This document shows, one piece after another, positions 12,327-25,535 of a DNA stretch of 64,000 nucleotides (position 1 is the first letter of the stretch; the number at the start of each line of letters is the position of its first letter). The notes below the pieces were generated by a model. That model had not been told where the DNA came from and searched no databases. It saw only the letters and a program-made list of their open reading frames with translations. The translations under genes and the position numbers were made by a program. This DNA is from Octopus sinensis (lineage: Eukaryota), in NCBI RefSeq assembly GCF_006345805.1, contig NC_043005.1, positions 20,522,001 through 20,586,000 of the forward strand, given 5' to 3'.

Positions 12327-13027
12327 GTAAAATAAACAGATTCCCTCTTTTTGTTTTCGTCTAGGTAATTTTGTTTAATTATTTTATGAAATATTTTTGT
12401 CACAAGAATTGCAGCCTCAATGACAATTTATATTGTGTCTGTAGCTGGTGGAGAGAGAGAGAGAGGAACTTATCTGCAGACCAGAGACGTCTCCAAATAT
12501 TTGAAACAGTGTGATCACCATTTATTCTATGATCAGGTAATAGTATTATACTGGGTGACAGATTAGGTCTCACAACGAACAATTGGAAATGTGGAAACTG
12601 GTTCCCCCTGCTGTAGTTTCCATTTACTAGATTAACTTTTCAATGAGTAGCAGATGAGTGACTATCTTTCCATAAAGACACAAGAAATTTATCATTAAGT
12701 GTGTGAAATATTCACGGTTCCTGCTAGTTATCATTAATATTGTTAACATCCCCAACATTAATAATAAATTATTCTTGTTGTTAAGGGTGGTGGATTGAGA
12801 GAAGCATTAAGCATCAGAGAAAATGTGTCATGATTTTTTGTTTTGGCTCATTACCTTTTAGTTTCAAATCCTGCCTTTCCAGAACCAATAATATAAAGAT
12901 ACCAGTCTAGTGTAGTGTCCAATTTACTCAATTAATTTTAACCTCAATGTTTTAGGCTTTTAAGTTGGAAATTATTGTTGTTGTTGTTATTATTTTTCAT
13001 TTGTCTACATTTTACCTTCAATTTTAG

Positions 13028-13267
13028 ATGTTCATTCACATTTTATAAAAATAAAAGAAGCAATACTGGATGTACCTGAGAAAACATTGTGGACAAAGAA
13101 GAAAGTAGCAGTAGACGCCTGTGCAAAACAATGTTGGTCTGACAAAAATTGTTTATCATTTGAAATTATTAAAAAAAGTGGCTACTGTTACTTATCAAAG
13201 AAATCTGCAGCTACTGTTACGAAAATAAAATCAGACAAAAGCAGAGATTACTACCAACGAGTAAAAC
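13028..13267 (+). CDS. Exon B1, PAN/apple-like domain (xVHSHFIKIKEAILDVPEKTLWTKKKVAVDACAKQCWSDKNCLSFEIIKKSGYCYLSKKSAATVTKIKSDKSRDYYQRVK)
   Basis: Acceptor attttag, donor gtaatt, 240 nt. Pattern C-A-x-x-C-x-S-D-K-N-C-L-S-F-E...C-Y-L-S...D-Y-Y. Confidence 0.9.
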
Positions 13268-13499
13268 GTAATTATTCTTTATATTTTATTGTTGGAAATG
13301 TCTTCTTTTTTTCTCTAAAATTTGTGATCCCGTTCATGGTATGTAGACCACCACTTCTATAACTGAAAGGTTTATCTATAAGGACAAACATAATCATTGG
13401 AGCACAACATGGTCTTTGGACCACTCAAATCCTGTCAAACCATCCAATCTGTGGCAACATGGAAAACAGATGTTAAATGATGTTGATGATGATATTAGG

Positions 13500-14530
13500 G
13501 CATTTTTATATAGCATGTATTCACCTTAAACACTTATTTGCATCTTTTCTACACAAAATATATTCCTATTCAGAATAGTTCCATGCTGTTAAGAACAAAA
13601 CAGATAATAAATTAACTTAATTTGTTCTCAAAGATTTTGTCACTTCCTATCAAAATCCTTCCTTCTTGAAACCCAGAAAAAGTTAGCTAGGTTTGTTGAC
13701 TTCAGTATATGAATACTCATCAACACTTGGATGTCATTGCACACATGATAAATCTTTCTTGGTCAAAAAGGAATGTGAGCCATTTTCTGTATATCTATTA
13801 AGCTATTTAGTTAGGTCAAAATTGCAGACCTCATTGCAATAATAACCCTGAGCACTTTCAAGAAATTAATATAGATTCACAGTTTAAGTTTATGACAACA
13901 ATAACCTAATAAGTTCATGTAATATGAACAGCCATGCTATGAATAGGTTTATGAAGAACTTTAAAGGTATCTTCAAGAAGTTTGATTTAAACATAATGGT
14001 TACTGGTTACTACCAATCTAATTCTACATTCATCTAATTGGATTTTATTTTATATTTGAAGTCAGGTATCAATTTATCCTCAAGTAAAGATATTTTTGAC
14101 AGTATTTTTCACAAAATGTCACATCTTTCAAGAGAACCTACTATAAAAAGATCATACTTCATCTCCATATCTGAAGAGAGTTTGGAAGCGAAGAATGATT
14201 TGATTCAATCCTCATTTCAACTTAAATATCTCCATGAACTCAGTCAGGAACTATTTATCCTGCATTAGACACTATTTCTCATAAGTATCACAAGCTTACT
14301 AATGTGCATAGTGTTAAAGTTTGTTACTCCTGTGTAGATAACATTACTTTCAACATTGTATGCTACAAGAAGATTTCTTTTTTACCTATTTGCAACTGCC
14401 AAAATCAACCTACTCTGCTAGTAGAATTTTGCCTTTCTAAGAGAGTGGTGTGTAGAGCAACTCTCACTCCATCTGATAGTTTCCTATCAAATCAAATGGG
14501 TTCTGTAGACAACAACATCAATGAAATTTT
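13500..14530 (+). mobile_element. Fossil Penelope-like block, copy 2 (after B1)
   Basis: Colinear with 40-960. Contains VKVCYSCVDNI, resembling PLE VKVSYSCMPN. Confidence 0.6.
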
Positions 14531-14536
14531 CACTTA

Positions 14537-14574
<38 letters not shown>

Positions 14575-14999
14575 TCCTTTGAATAAGTGTAATGGAAAAG
14601 TCTGTATCCCTATCTGTCTTCTTTTTCTTTTTGGAGACTTTGGGAGCAGGGAAATGAATGAACTGTCCAGCATAATCTCAAACTTACTCAACTCATACAT
14701 ACACATACACATCTGTGTGCGGGCATATGTCTTCATCATCATCATCATTTAACATCCATTTTCCATGCTGGGTTGGATGGCTTGTCAAGAGCTGACAAGG
14801 CCAGAAGCCACACCAAATTCCATAGACTGTTTTAGCTTGGTTTTCACAGCTGGATTCCCTTCATAAAGCCAACCAATTTAGATGGTGCTTTTTATGTGGC
14901 ATCAGCACCAGTGATTTTTATGTAGCACAGGCACCAATGTGTTTTATGTTGCACCTTGGTTTTAAGATATCAATTCTGTTGTGGTGGGCAGGTCTTCTT

Positions 15000-15400
15000 G
15001 ATACAGCAATGCACTACATGTCTAGGTTCTTTGTCATTTCCTTCACAAGGCATAGAATTTTGAGATCATCTTTCAATATTTTGTCCCGTCTTCCTGTATC
15101 ACCCCCTTTCACAACTCCCCTTCATTTTAAATGATAGCCCTTCTTTATGCAACTGTTCTCAACCATCCATATTGCAAGACCAAACCAGCAGTCTTCTCTC
15201 TTGAACACTACATCTAATTCCTCTTATGCCTAATTTTTCTCTCAGTATGCTAGAGCTCTGTTGCATATGCACACTGACATTACATATCCAGTGAAGCATA
15301 CAAGCGTCATTCTTCTCCAGTCTTTGTATGTCCTCCACATTCAGAGCCCACATCTCACTGCCAAATAGCATTGCAGTTCACACACATGCATCATACAATC
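15000..15400 (-). mobile_element. RTE LINE 3' relic
   Basis: ORF 15159-15371 MLFGSEMWALNVEDIQRLEKNDACMLHWIC...LREKLGIRGIRCSVQERRL, homologous to the RTE copies at 44380 and 59330. Confidence 0.75.
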
Positions 15401-15482
15401 TTTCCTTCACTTAGAGAGAGAGACCTTGGTTGTCAGAATTGAAAACTCTATGAACTGACCTTTCTCCATCATATATATATAT

Positions 15483-15530
<48 letters not shown>

Positions 15531-15535
<5 letters not shown>

Positions 15536-16117
15536 GAAAGAAGGTTTGAAAATGCAATTTAAAAGATGTTTATTTACTTTACCGGTTTCACTCTTTGGAA
15601 AAAGATTATCAAAAGTAACATGTGGAAGTTTGGTTGCGTTAATTATTGATTGTTGCAAATTGCTACATTACATAAATATATACAGTCTTTGGAAACAGGG
15701 ACATGTTAAGGACATAAAAAAGTACAACAGTATGTTGAGAATATAAAGAGGTTTAACAAGCTCATTGAAAAAATGGGCAGAAAAGATTAAAACAAATATA
15801 TTATACATCTCAGGGTAATTTCCAGGAGAAATTATTAAAAAAGTTCAGTACAGAATATTATGAATTCAAAAAGATTTACATTAATGTAGTGGCGAGGTTG
15901 TTACTGACCTGTCCGTTTTAGCAGTAATGTGGAATTGAAAAGGATGTACCCGTTTTTTTCTTTTTTGGCTTTCCTTCAAGCATCAATGATTTTGGGGTTA
16001 GGATGAGGTGAATATGTGTAGGATGGTGTGTGTATACGCATGCCTGCCCGTGCGCACGCGTGTTCGTGCACGTGCGCGTCTTCGCGTGTGTGTGGGCCAT
16101 ACACACACACTACATAT

Positions 16118-16148
<31 letters not shown>

Positions 16149-17845
16149 TCATACACATACATACCACACACACACACATCTCTCACACACACACACACAC
16201 ACATACACCACACATACACACATAATCTACACACACACAACACACACACACACAACACACATACATACAGAACACACACACATGTGTATGTGTATGTTAT
16301 ATGTATATATATGTTATATGTATGTGTATATGTATATGTATACATTGTATGTATGTATATTGTGTGTATATGTGGTATATTTATGTATGTGCATGTAAAC
16401 ATTATATATATATATATATGTATATATGTATATGCATTGTCTATGTATATATATTATATGTATGTATTGCGTATGTATGTTATATGTATATATTGTGTAT
16501 GTGTATTATATATATGCTGTGTATGTGTACTGTATGTATATATGTGTTAGGTGTATATGTGTTGTATTTATATTATGTATGTATGTGTGCGTGTGTTGTG
16601 TGTGTGTGTGTTATGTGTGTGTGTGTTGTGTGTGTGTTGTATGTGTGTATATTATATATAAATATATGTTATATTTGTGTGTTGTGTGTGTGTATTATAT
16701 GTATGTGCGTTGTGTGTGTGTGTGTTCTGTATGTATGTGTGTTGTGTGTATGTGTGTTGTGTGTGCGTAGATTATGTGTGTTGTGTGTGTGTAGATTATG
16801 TGTGTATGTGTGTTGTGTGTGTGTATGTGTGTGGTGTATCTGTGTGTGTATGTGTGGGGTGTGTGTGTGTGAGATGTGTGTGTGTGTGTGGTATGTATGT
16901 GTATGATGTGTGTGTGTGTGTGTGTGTATATATGTATATGTAGTGTGTGTGTATGTCCCACACACACGCGTAGACACGCACGCATGGGCGGGCACGCATA
17001 TACACACCATCCTACCCCCAAAAATTCTTTAAACAACACACATCTATTTACACCACCCTGAAACCAATCAAAAACAGCCCCCACACACACACAGACACTT
17101 GTATACGTGTATGTGCATGCACACAGGGACACACACACTCACCAATCTCACCTCCATACAGGCACACATATATACACACGCAGCACCATGTCAAATGCCA
17201 TCCACACACATACATGCGTACACGCGCACACACACGCACACACACAACACCATGACAACCACACACACGTTTGACAAACAGACACCATCTGACCAAATAC
17301 TACAGACACACAGACACATCTATTCACACCACATGTATATATATGCACACACACATACACGCAGAGACCACATATTCACCTCATCCTAACCCCAAAATCA
17401 TTGATGCTTGAAGGAAAGCCAAAAAAGAAAAAAACGGGTACATCCTTTTCAATTCCACATTACTGCTAAACGGACAGGTCAGTAACAACCTCGCCACTAC
17501 ATTAATGTAAATCTTTTGAATTCATAATATTCTGTACTGAACTTTTTAATAATTTCTCCTGGAAATTACCCTGAGATGTATAATATTGTTTTAATCTTTT
17601 CTGCCCATCTTTTCAATGAGCTTGTTAAACCTCTTTATATTCTCAACATACTGTTGTACTTTTTTATGTCCTTAACATGTCCCTGTTTCCAAAGACTGTA
17701 ATTTTATGTAATGTAGCAATTTGCAACAACCAAATTAACGCAACCAAACTTCCACATGTTACTTTTGATAATCTTTTTCCAAAGAGTGAAACCGGTAAAG
17801 TAAATAACATCTTTTAAATTGCATTTTCAAACCTTCTTTCGTATA
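15531..17845. repeat. Nested inverted duplication around a CA/TG/TA low-complexity core
   Basis: 15531-16016 is the reverse complement of 17371-17845, and ~16020-16180 mirrors ~16900-17020. Differences are mostly small indels. Confidence 0.85.
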
Positions 17846-17883
17846 TAATTCCACTTGTGCGATACCCCACAACTCAACTTTAT

Positions 17884-17912
<29 letters not shown>

Positions 17913-17921
<9 letters not shown>

Positions 17922-19241
17922 AAAGGGCTTAGTAAAATAAATTACTTTGCCGCATACTGAACTCATTAGAAATAGCAGCTAAAAAACTTTTTTAAGGCTA
18001 TTTCTAATACTTAAAGAAAATCTCTCTCATATATAGTGTTTGCTTAATTCAACTCACAAAAGTTTGGGGGTAAGGACATCGAAAAATCAAATGCTAAGGT
18101 TATTCGAGAACGTACGTTTCAAGATTAGTCAAAACAACATTTCTATCATCGGCTCAGAAATCCTTGGTTTGGATTTGGAAACACTGAAAATAAGAACATA
18201 CCCTTTCGAAGATCTGCTCCCAACTAACAGTGCCAACAAATTCAAAATAAGCAAGCGAAGAATCTCTGTTCTCCCCTTTCCACCAGCGTGGGTTAAAATC
18301 ATCAAACACTATGCTTATTTCGGTAAAATCCGAAGCATTAATCAGAGGGAGATTAATTATAATTTCAACAATTGAGGGCAAAATTAATTAATTATTAATC
18401 AATTTCACCGTACGTTCTCGAATAACCTTAGCATTTGATTTTTCGATGTCCTTACCCCCAAACTTTTGTGAGTTGAATTAAGCAAACACTATATATGAGA
18501 GAGATTTTCTTTAGTATTAGAATAGCCTTAAAAAAGTTTTTTAGCTGCTATTTCTAATGAGTTTCAGTATGCGGCAAAGTAATTTATTTTACTCCCTTTT
18601 ATATAATGTAATAATTTGAATTCGCCTTGAATGGTCCCTTTGCATACTGAACACTTGGTGAAATTGATTAATATTAATTAATTTTGCCCTCAATTGTTGA
18701 AATTATAATTAATCTCCCTCTGATTAATGCTTCGGATTTTACCGAAATAAGCATAGTGTTTGATGATTTTAACCCACGCTGGTGGAAAGGGAGAACAGAG
18801 ATTCTTCGCTTGCTTATTTTGAATTTGTTGGCATTGTTAGTTGGAGCAGATCTTCGAAAGGGTATGTTCCTTATTTTCAGTGTTTCCAAATCCAACCAAG
18901 GAATTTCTGAGCCGATGATAGAAATGTTGTTTTGACTAATCTTGAAACGTACGTTCTCGAATAACCTTAGCATTTGATTTTTCGATGTCCTTACCCCCAA
19001 ACTTTTGTGAGTTGAATTAAGCAACACTATATATGAGAGAGATTTTCTTTAAGTATTAGAAATAGCCTTAAAAAAGTTTTTTAGCTGCTATTTCTAATGA
19101 GTTCAGTATGCGGCAAGTAATTTATTTTACTAAGCCCTTTTATATAATGTAATAATTTGAATTCGCCTTGAATGGTCCCTTTGCATACTGAACACTTGGT
19201 GAAATTGATTAATAATTAATTAATTTTGCCCTCAATTGTTG

Positions 19242-19245
<4 letters not shown>
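17913..19245. repeat. Array of a ~541 bp unit: one inverted copy (17913-18409) then direct copies (18410-18600 partial, 18600-19140 full, 19141-19245 partial)
   Basis: Near-identical sequence in both orientations, giving mirrored ORFs 18040-18375(+) and 18674-19027(-). Confidence 0.85.
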
Positions 19246-19293
<48 letters not shown>

Positions 19294-19312
19294 CACACAT
19301 ATATATATATAT

Positions 19313-19345
<33 letters not shown>

Positions 19346-20829
19346 ATGGTTATAATATTTTATAAGCTTAAAGCTTATAAGTGATCACTGTGTAATGGTG
19401 TAATGACTAAAGAAAATGGTCTAATACTGGGGCATATAAGCCCTCAATGGATAAAAGTAGTGTTTTCATATGCTTGAACTCAAACCCACAGCTCTTTGTT
19501 TTCGCGACAAGTATGTTACCATTACACCAACTGTTCTTATCCATCCATATTGCAAGATATGGCTTCTTTCAGTCAGATTTAGGAACTATAATCAATTCAA
19601 AGTGTTGTTTTTGTAAATAAATGTGTATTTTCTGCAATGGTTTTTGGTGAGCAGAATCAATTTTTATAATTCTGTAAATGATAATAATAATATTTCATAA
19701 ACTTAAAGTTTACCAGTGATCACCGCATAATGACTAAAGAAAATAATCTAATATTGGGGCATATAAGCCCTGGATGGAAAAAAGTAGGGTTTCCATATGC
19801 ATATGACTTGAGCCCACAGCTCTTTGTTTTTGATAAGTGTTGGTCGGTAGATAGTGAAGATCAAAATTATAGATGTGTCACTAGAATTAAACATCTAGTG
19901 ATTGCTTGTGTGTATAGTCAATAAAGGCCTAGACACACTTCTGGATATTAATAAATATCCCAAGGAAAATTGGTCTAGGAGTGAGCTGGAGATTTTGATC
20001 GAGGTAAAACGGTAATCTCTGGACAAGATCCTCTATCTCATAGAGCTACTGGATTAAGCACAATTCCAAGTTGTGGTGGAAAGCAGGAAACCAAGATGTC
20101 AAACTTGCACATTTGAAAGCTCTCTGCTTACAACAGCAACAAACGCCAGTCCCTGCAGCAACAACAGCCTATGAAGTAACAACTTAATGGAATTTAATCG
20201 TAGCACACTACCACTCCTTCAGAAGGACAATACAAATATACCTCTTGCTCCAGACAGTGGATTTAGAAATCTTATTAAATGATGAGGAGGATTTGAATCT
20301 GTCACAAAAAACTTGTGTGGAGGGAAAAAGAAAAAGCAGTTCTGAAAAAAAGTCAAAAGAAAAGATGAAAAGCATTCACTATTTACACTAACAATAACCT
20401 TGACACGTTCACCAAAATCCCAACAACAGCAAAAGCAACACACACATTTAACCACAATCACTGTTATAAAAAATACCCCACCAAAACAGAAACAAATACA
20501 CAAAAACAACAATATATATGACTGAGTACAGAACCTGAATCCCTCATCAGCTTCACAATTATTTGAAAGAACAGCAGTGAAATGATGCAAGATATAACCA
20601 GCAATGCAAACATTCTTACAAAAGGCGATTGCTTTGACAAACTGCTATCAAAAGCTCCCCATGGCAAACAATGAATAAAAGCAGACACAAACACACATTT
20701 AGAACTTTAAAAAAATATCCAGCAGACATTGGGTCCTTTAGAATAAAGCCATACAAAAGGACTTTTCAATAATTTTGTTCCCACCAAGGCAGTTGAATCA
20801 GCTGGCCTCCTCAAAGCCTAAGGCAAATG

Positions 20830-22150
20830 AGTTCTCTTTTTTGTTTCTCCTATAAATATGGCTGTTCTTTGAGGTGAAGTATGAAGGCTGCATAGTCAGA
20901 GTCCCAAAGAACTAAAGTTGAAGTGGAGACTCATTGAGAAAAGAAAACTATAATCAGATTTGACAAACTAGTTAAATTGCTCTATTTGGTTCAGTCTCAA
21001 CTTCAAGGTAGATAAGAACAGGGATGAGGTGACATACAGGGTAGCTAGCCTTAGAAATGGGCAGAGAAGAAACTGTCCCTGAAAGGTTGGGCTGAGGTGG
21101 TGAATGCCTTCATTGCCACCATCATCATTTATAGCCTGATTGTCATACTCTGTCCTAGTTACTGCTTGAACTGGTTAGAGTGTCTCTTATTTTCTTGTGG
21201 AAGGGATGTATTTCAATGGTGAGGTGGTCAGTTTGCTACCTACACCCTTTGCATGACCAGTTAGGCATGCTATGGCTGCTGCTGAGCAACCAGACATGCA
21301 CTGAGATTGTGTGAAAATGCAATGATTTCTGGACGATGAACATGTGTGGGCTTTGTTTGTGAGGCCCATCTTTCTGCAGCCCTTCTTGATGGAGCTGCAG
21401 TCCTGGATGAAGGAAAGGCTGAAAACTGGGCACCTAGCTCCTAGAGTATCATCAAAAACTCATAACTCTCTACCAGTCAGACGATGGGATTAGCGTATGT
21501 TCTTCTTTAGCAATATATAGAAAATTAATGGTGATGAAGTTGACAATGTTCTCAGGGAGACTCTGGGCATCTATGAAAATGAATTGGCTAGTGTATTCCA
21601 GAAGACTTTCTGATCAGAAATTACCATGGATAATTCCCAGATGTTCTTGGCTTAGCTGTGCTACTGGTTTGAGATAAACTCTACAGGCATGGATGTTCTG
21701 TTAGATAGATTTGTCTAAGATGAGTGTGAGTTGATGAACTCATTTGGTGTCCGAAACTTGTTAATTTGTGGAGTTAGTTGAATAGCTGTTGTTGCATGTG
21801 AGAGGGATCCATCAATCAACCAAGTCCATAGTGATGATTGCCCTGTCACCTTCCTTTAATTGGGTAGGTAAGGCAGATTTCCTGAGCCTGATGGCTGTGG
21901 TGAAAGAAGTTGTCTAGTGGTTGAGGTTGAGCAGCATGAGGACAGAGACATTTCTCTTTGGTAGAATTCTCATTGAAGGGGAAAATATAGTTGGAAACGG
22001 AGGTACTGTCCTCAAGTAAATTTATTGAAAGGTGGATGATAGTTGCAAAAATGGTAAGAGTGGATGGCACTGCTCTAAGTTGGTGAACCAGAATTGGAGA
22101 GGGTACTTGCCCTTAGTGTTCAGGGAGATCTTGGTTGTGAGTTGCATGAT
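20830..22150 (-). mobile_element. Heavily degraded LINE-like relic
   Basis: Shares ccatccactcttaccat.tttg.aac with a relic at ~26490 (opposite orientation). No intact motifs. Confidence 0.3.
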
Positions 22151-23337
22151 TGTCTCTTGATTTCCTCCACTGTCAGGAGGTTCAGATCATCTTCATCCCT
22201 ATAACTGATGTATACTATGTATCTTTCTTTCTTTGTTTAATGGTAAACCACATATACTTTCTTTATTTTATATATATATATCATTTTATTGTATGTAAAT
22301 CCCCACATTTCTTGTCTGTCATTGCATTGCCCCCTCCCTCATTTGTTTCCCTGGTGACAAATGAAAGAAATCATTATCATATTTTGTTGTTAAGGTGGTG
22401 AGCTAGCAGAATTGTTTACAAGCTGGAGAAAATGCTTAGTAGCATTTCGTCTAACTTTATGTTCTGAGTTCAAATGCTGCCAAAATTGACTTTGCCTTTC
22501 ATCTTTTTGGGGTTGATAAGATAAGTACCAGCTGAGTACTGGGTAATAGTATTGAGTACTCAGTACTAGATACAGTAATTACTGGGTCCTAGTAACTGAG
22601 TATTAAGTACCATTTAAGCACTAGGGTCAATGGTATCAATTCACCCCTCACCCAAAATTTCTGGCCTTGTGCATATAGTAGAAAGAATTATTATTTCATA
22701 AATATTTTTAAAATATTGGATAAATACCTAGAAGTAACATGTAATTAAAATTTTAAATAAAATATCAAAAAGCTGTCTAGTGCATTATTTTTTTAATGAA
22801 TAATTTATTATAAAGACACAAAATTCTTTTTCAGTTTATGACACCCTCTTCTGAATTCTAGCACTTTGTGAGATATACTTGTAACCGTGCCCCACTGTTT
22901 CAGTTATAGAAAACATATACATACATTCTGCTTTTGATAATGTGCTTTGATCTAAGATTGAATGACCATAATTCAACTTAATTTGTTGGTTGCCCACCAG
23001 TTTAAGGGAGTTTTCACCCTACAAAAAGCACAACATCGGAGGAAGGATGTACAAATGGATTTCTGCAATCTAAATATTGCAACAATATTTTAAGTAAATC
23101 TCAATATGTATTACATCTCACATGAATTCTGATTAGGGTGTCATTTTTAGGTCAAATATTTTCAAATAATAAATTGTCAATTTAGAATATTATACACTAT
23201 ATTATTTGCTCTATTTAATATCTGCATGTGATGCCTGTGTCTGTGCATGTGTGTATGCATATGTATGCATGTCAGTGTGTCTGTTTGTGTGTGTTTCTGA
23301 GAGTATAAAATGAATTTGTTTTCATTTTTTTTTCCAG

Positions 23338-23571
23338 CCACTGATGAGTTTATTACAGTTAAAAGTGTTGGTGCACCAAAGAAGGATCATTTTGGATGGC
23401 TTAGGAATGTGAAATCAAAGGAGTGTAATGAGGATTGCTATCAACATCCACTGTGTAATTCTTATCAGTACAATGAGAAACTTAAACATTGTGGTCTGAG
23501 TAATGGTACACAATTCACTCATGTACTTAAACCCAGCAATGAAGGTTGGGATACATACATAGTTAATCCAG
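23338..23571 (+). CDS. Exon A2, PAN/apple-like domain (xTDEFITVKSVGAPKKDHFGWLRNVKSKECNEDCYQHPLCNSYQYNEKLKHCGLSNGTQFTHVLKPSNEGWDTYIVNP)
   Basis: Acceptor tttttccag, donor gtcagt, 234 nt. Paralog of A1 with the 4 Cys conserved. Confidence 0.88.
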
Positions 23572-24299
23572 GTCAGTAGCATGTTTTCATTTTATTGTGT
23601 GTGTCTGTGCATATTTACATATACATATGTGTGAGAACATATATTGGAAAGACTTAGCCGTGCTTATACATATTACTGTAACTCAGATGCATGCTGTATT
23701 GAGAGTAAACTATATATTGTTTGCATGTGTGTTCGTACACACACAAGCACACATGTGCACACATACACAGGCACAGGTGTGGCTGTGTGGTGAAAAAGTT
23801 TGCTTGCTAACCATGTGGTCTTGGATTCAATCCCACAGCATGGCATCTTAGGTAGGTTTCTTACACTATTATACTGGGGTAGAGGCTGTGTATGGATATG
23901 TTTGAATCTATTTTAGAGAGTGATGTTCGATGTGTTGTTGTCAAAGCCTTAGCACTGTGGGGATTGAAGAGTTTATAATATCTATGAGTTCTAAGGAAAT
24001 GTTTGTTAAAGAAACTCCTAGATTCACTACTAGACAAAACTTTAAAACCAGTGGAAAAACTGCTGAAATGAACTCCTTGCAGACCGATACATTCAGCTAT
24101 TTTTCATTATAGATTCGTTATTGGCAAATACATAAAGATATATGAAAACCTAAAGAAATGTTTAACATTTAATACAGAAAATATCTATTGTATAAAAACT
24201 AACAAAATTTTGCCTGGTCAAAAACTTAAGACCATGAGAAAAAAAAAGTTTAAATCTGGTTTAAATCATAAAAATTCTGGTATTTATGTTCAAGTTTTT

Positions 24300-24490
24300 G
24301 TTGTGTCAACAACTGACAGTTACTCCCTATCTATCTCACAACAACCTCAATGGGCAAATCTAAAATATGGATGTGGTAGAATTGTAGAGCTCAAGAAGCA
24401 ATGTTTTTCTCAACATGTCATCTCCAGAGAAATTGGTCGCAATAAAACTGCCATTGCAAACTCCTTAAAAGACCCTGAAAATCAAAATGA
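24300..24490 (+). mobile_element. Tc1/Tc3-like transposase N-terminal relic
   Basis: GRIVELKKQCFSQHVISREIGRNKTAIANSLKDPEN resembles the Tc3-type HTH. Confidence 0.65.
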
Positions 24491-24559
24491 CTTAAATCTC
24501 TTGAAAAGAAGTTTTCCAGAATGCCTAAATAAATGCTTTGGCTGTATACAGCGTTTTTT

Positions 24560-25000
24560 AATGCAAGCATTATAGGGTAATCTGTATAGAGGAAGTTGTT
24601 TTGAGTGTCAGTGTTGACTATTTCCAGTTTAGTATTGAATGTAGAATTCTTATGAATTATTGTTCTTTAGCCTTTTGTAGTTGATCATTTTCTTCATTCA
24701 TTTTGAGAAATAGGAATATTCTGAATTTTCCTGTTGAACAGATGTCTAGATGTTCATTATATGGAACATTTCTAAGAATTGGGTCTTTAATTCATTGTTC
24801 ATGTACCCTAATCCATTGTATACATCTTGGTCTTGTTTGCTCTATATAATTCTCATTGCTTTTGAGCATGTGATGCAGCAAATGAGATTTTTTTCTTTTA
24901 CATTTCATATTTGCATAAATCTTCAGTTCCTGCTGCTCAAAAGTAATCTTAGAACAGACATTAATTTTTTCTACCTCAATGAATGTCATTACAAATGTAT
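24560..25000 (-). mobile_element. Penelope-like GIY-YIG relic
   Basis: NYIEQTRPRCIQWIRVHEQ*IKDP..RNVPYNEHLDIC is homologous to the 9761-10108 ORF. Confidence 0.6.
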
Positions 25001-25149
25001 GCATGCATGTATGTATTTATATCTGTGTGCAATTTTTTCAATTTGTTTCATGAAATAACATTTATTGTAACATTCGCATTATCTCTATGTTCTCATCTTA
25101 CTCCTAATATACATCCATCATTGTTGTAAATTTTTGTTGTTAATTCCAG

Positions 25150-25319
25150 TTTTTGAACTGATTGATTGTGGATCTCCAAAGATGTTTTTGGTGCATCAAA
25201 GTCCTACAAGTTCACTACATACAAATCTGAAGTGACATATACTTGCACAAGTGGAGAAAAATTGAAGTCGGTATGTGAAAAAGACAATAAATGGTCTTGG
25301 GTAGAGCCTACTTGTAAAG
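25150..25319 (+). CDS. Exon C2, Sushi/CCP domain with a 1-nt deletion (frameshifted as assembled)
   Basis: Acceptor taattccag, donor gtaaaa, 170 nt versus 171 nt in the other four. It reads ccaaagat where C1, C3 and C5 have ccaaaaga(t/c). The downstream frame KDVFGASKSYKFTTYKSEVTYTCTSGEKLKSVCEKDNKWSWVEPTCK is intact. Confidence 0.8.
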
Positions 25320-25446
25320 GTAAAATAACTAGTTTTTCCCTTGTTGCTTCTCTATAGGTTAATTGTTTTTCATTTGTTTTATGAAATATTTTTGTCAGAA
25401 GAAGAATTACTGACTCCATGACAGTTTCCACTGCATCTATAGCTAG

Positions 25447-25447
<1 letters not shown>

Positions 25448-25532
<85 letters not shown>
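25448..25532. repeat. (GA)n microsatellite
   Basis: Visible directly. It is an expansion of a short gagagag at the orthologous position after C1 (~12450-12465). Confidence 0.95.

Positions 25533-25535
<3 letters not shown>

Noticed and set aside
15918-17389. Many overlapping long ORFs rich in C/V/Y/M or H/T
   Set aside because: Translations of CA/TG/TA low-complexity DNA in a mirrored region; no coding signal.
23310-23337. ATG-led extensions MNLFSFFFP (A2) and MNFFSFFP (A3, 32000) as possible start codons
   Set aside because: They are the polypyrimidine tract, too short for a signal peptide, and not conserved in frame in A1 or A5.
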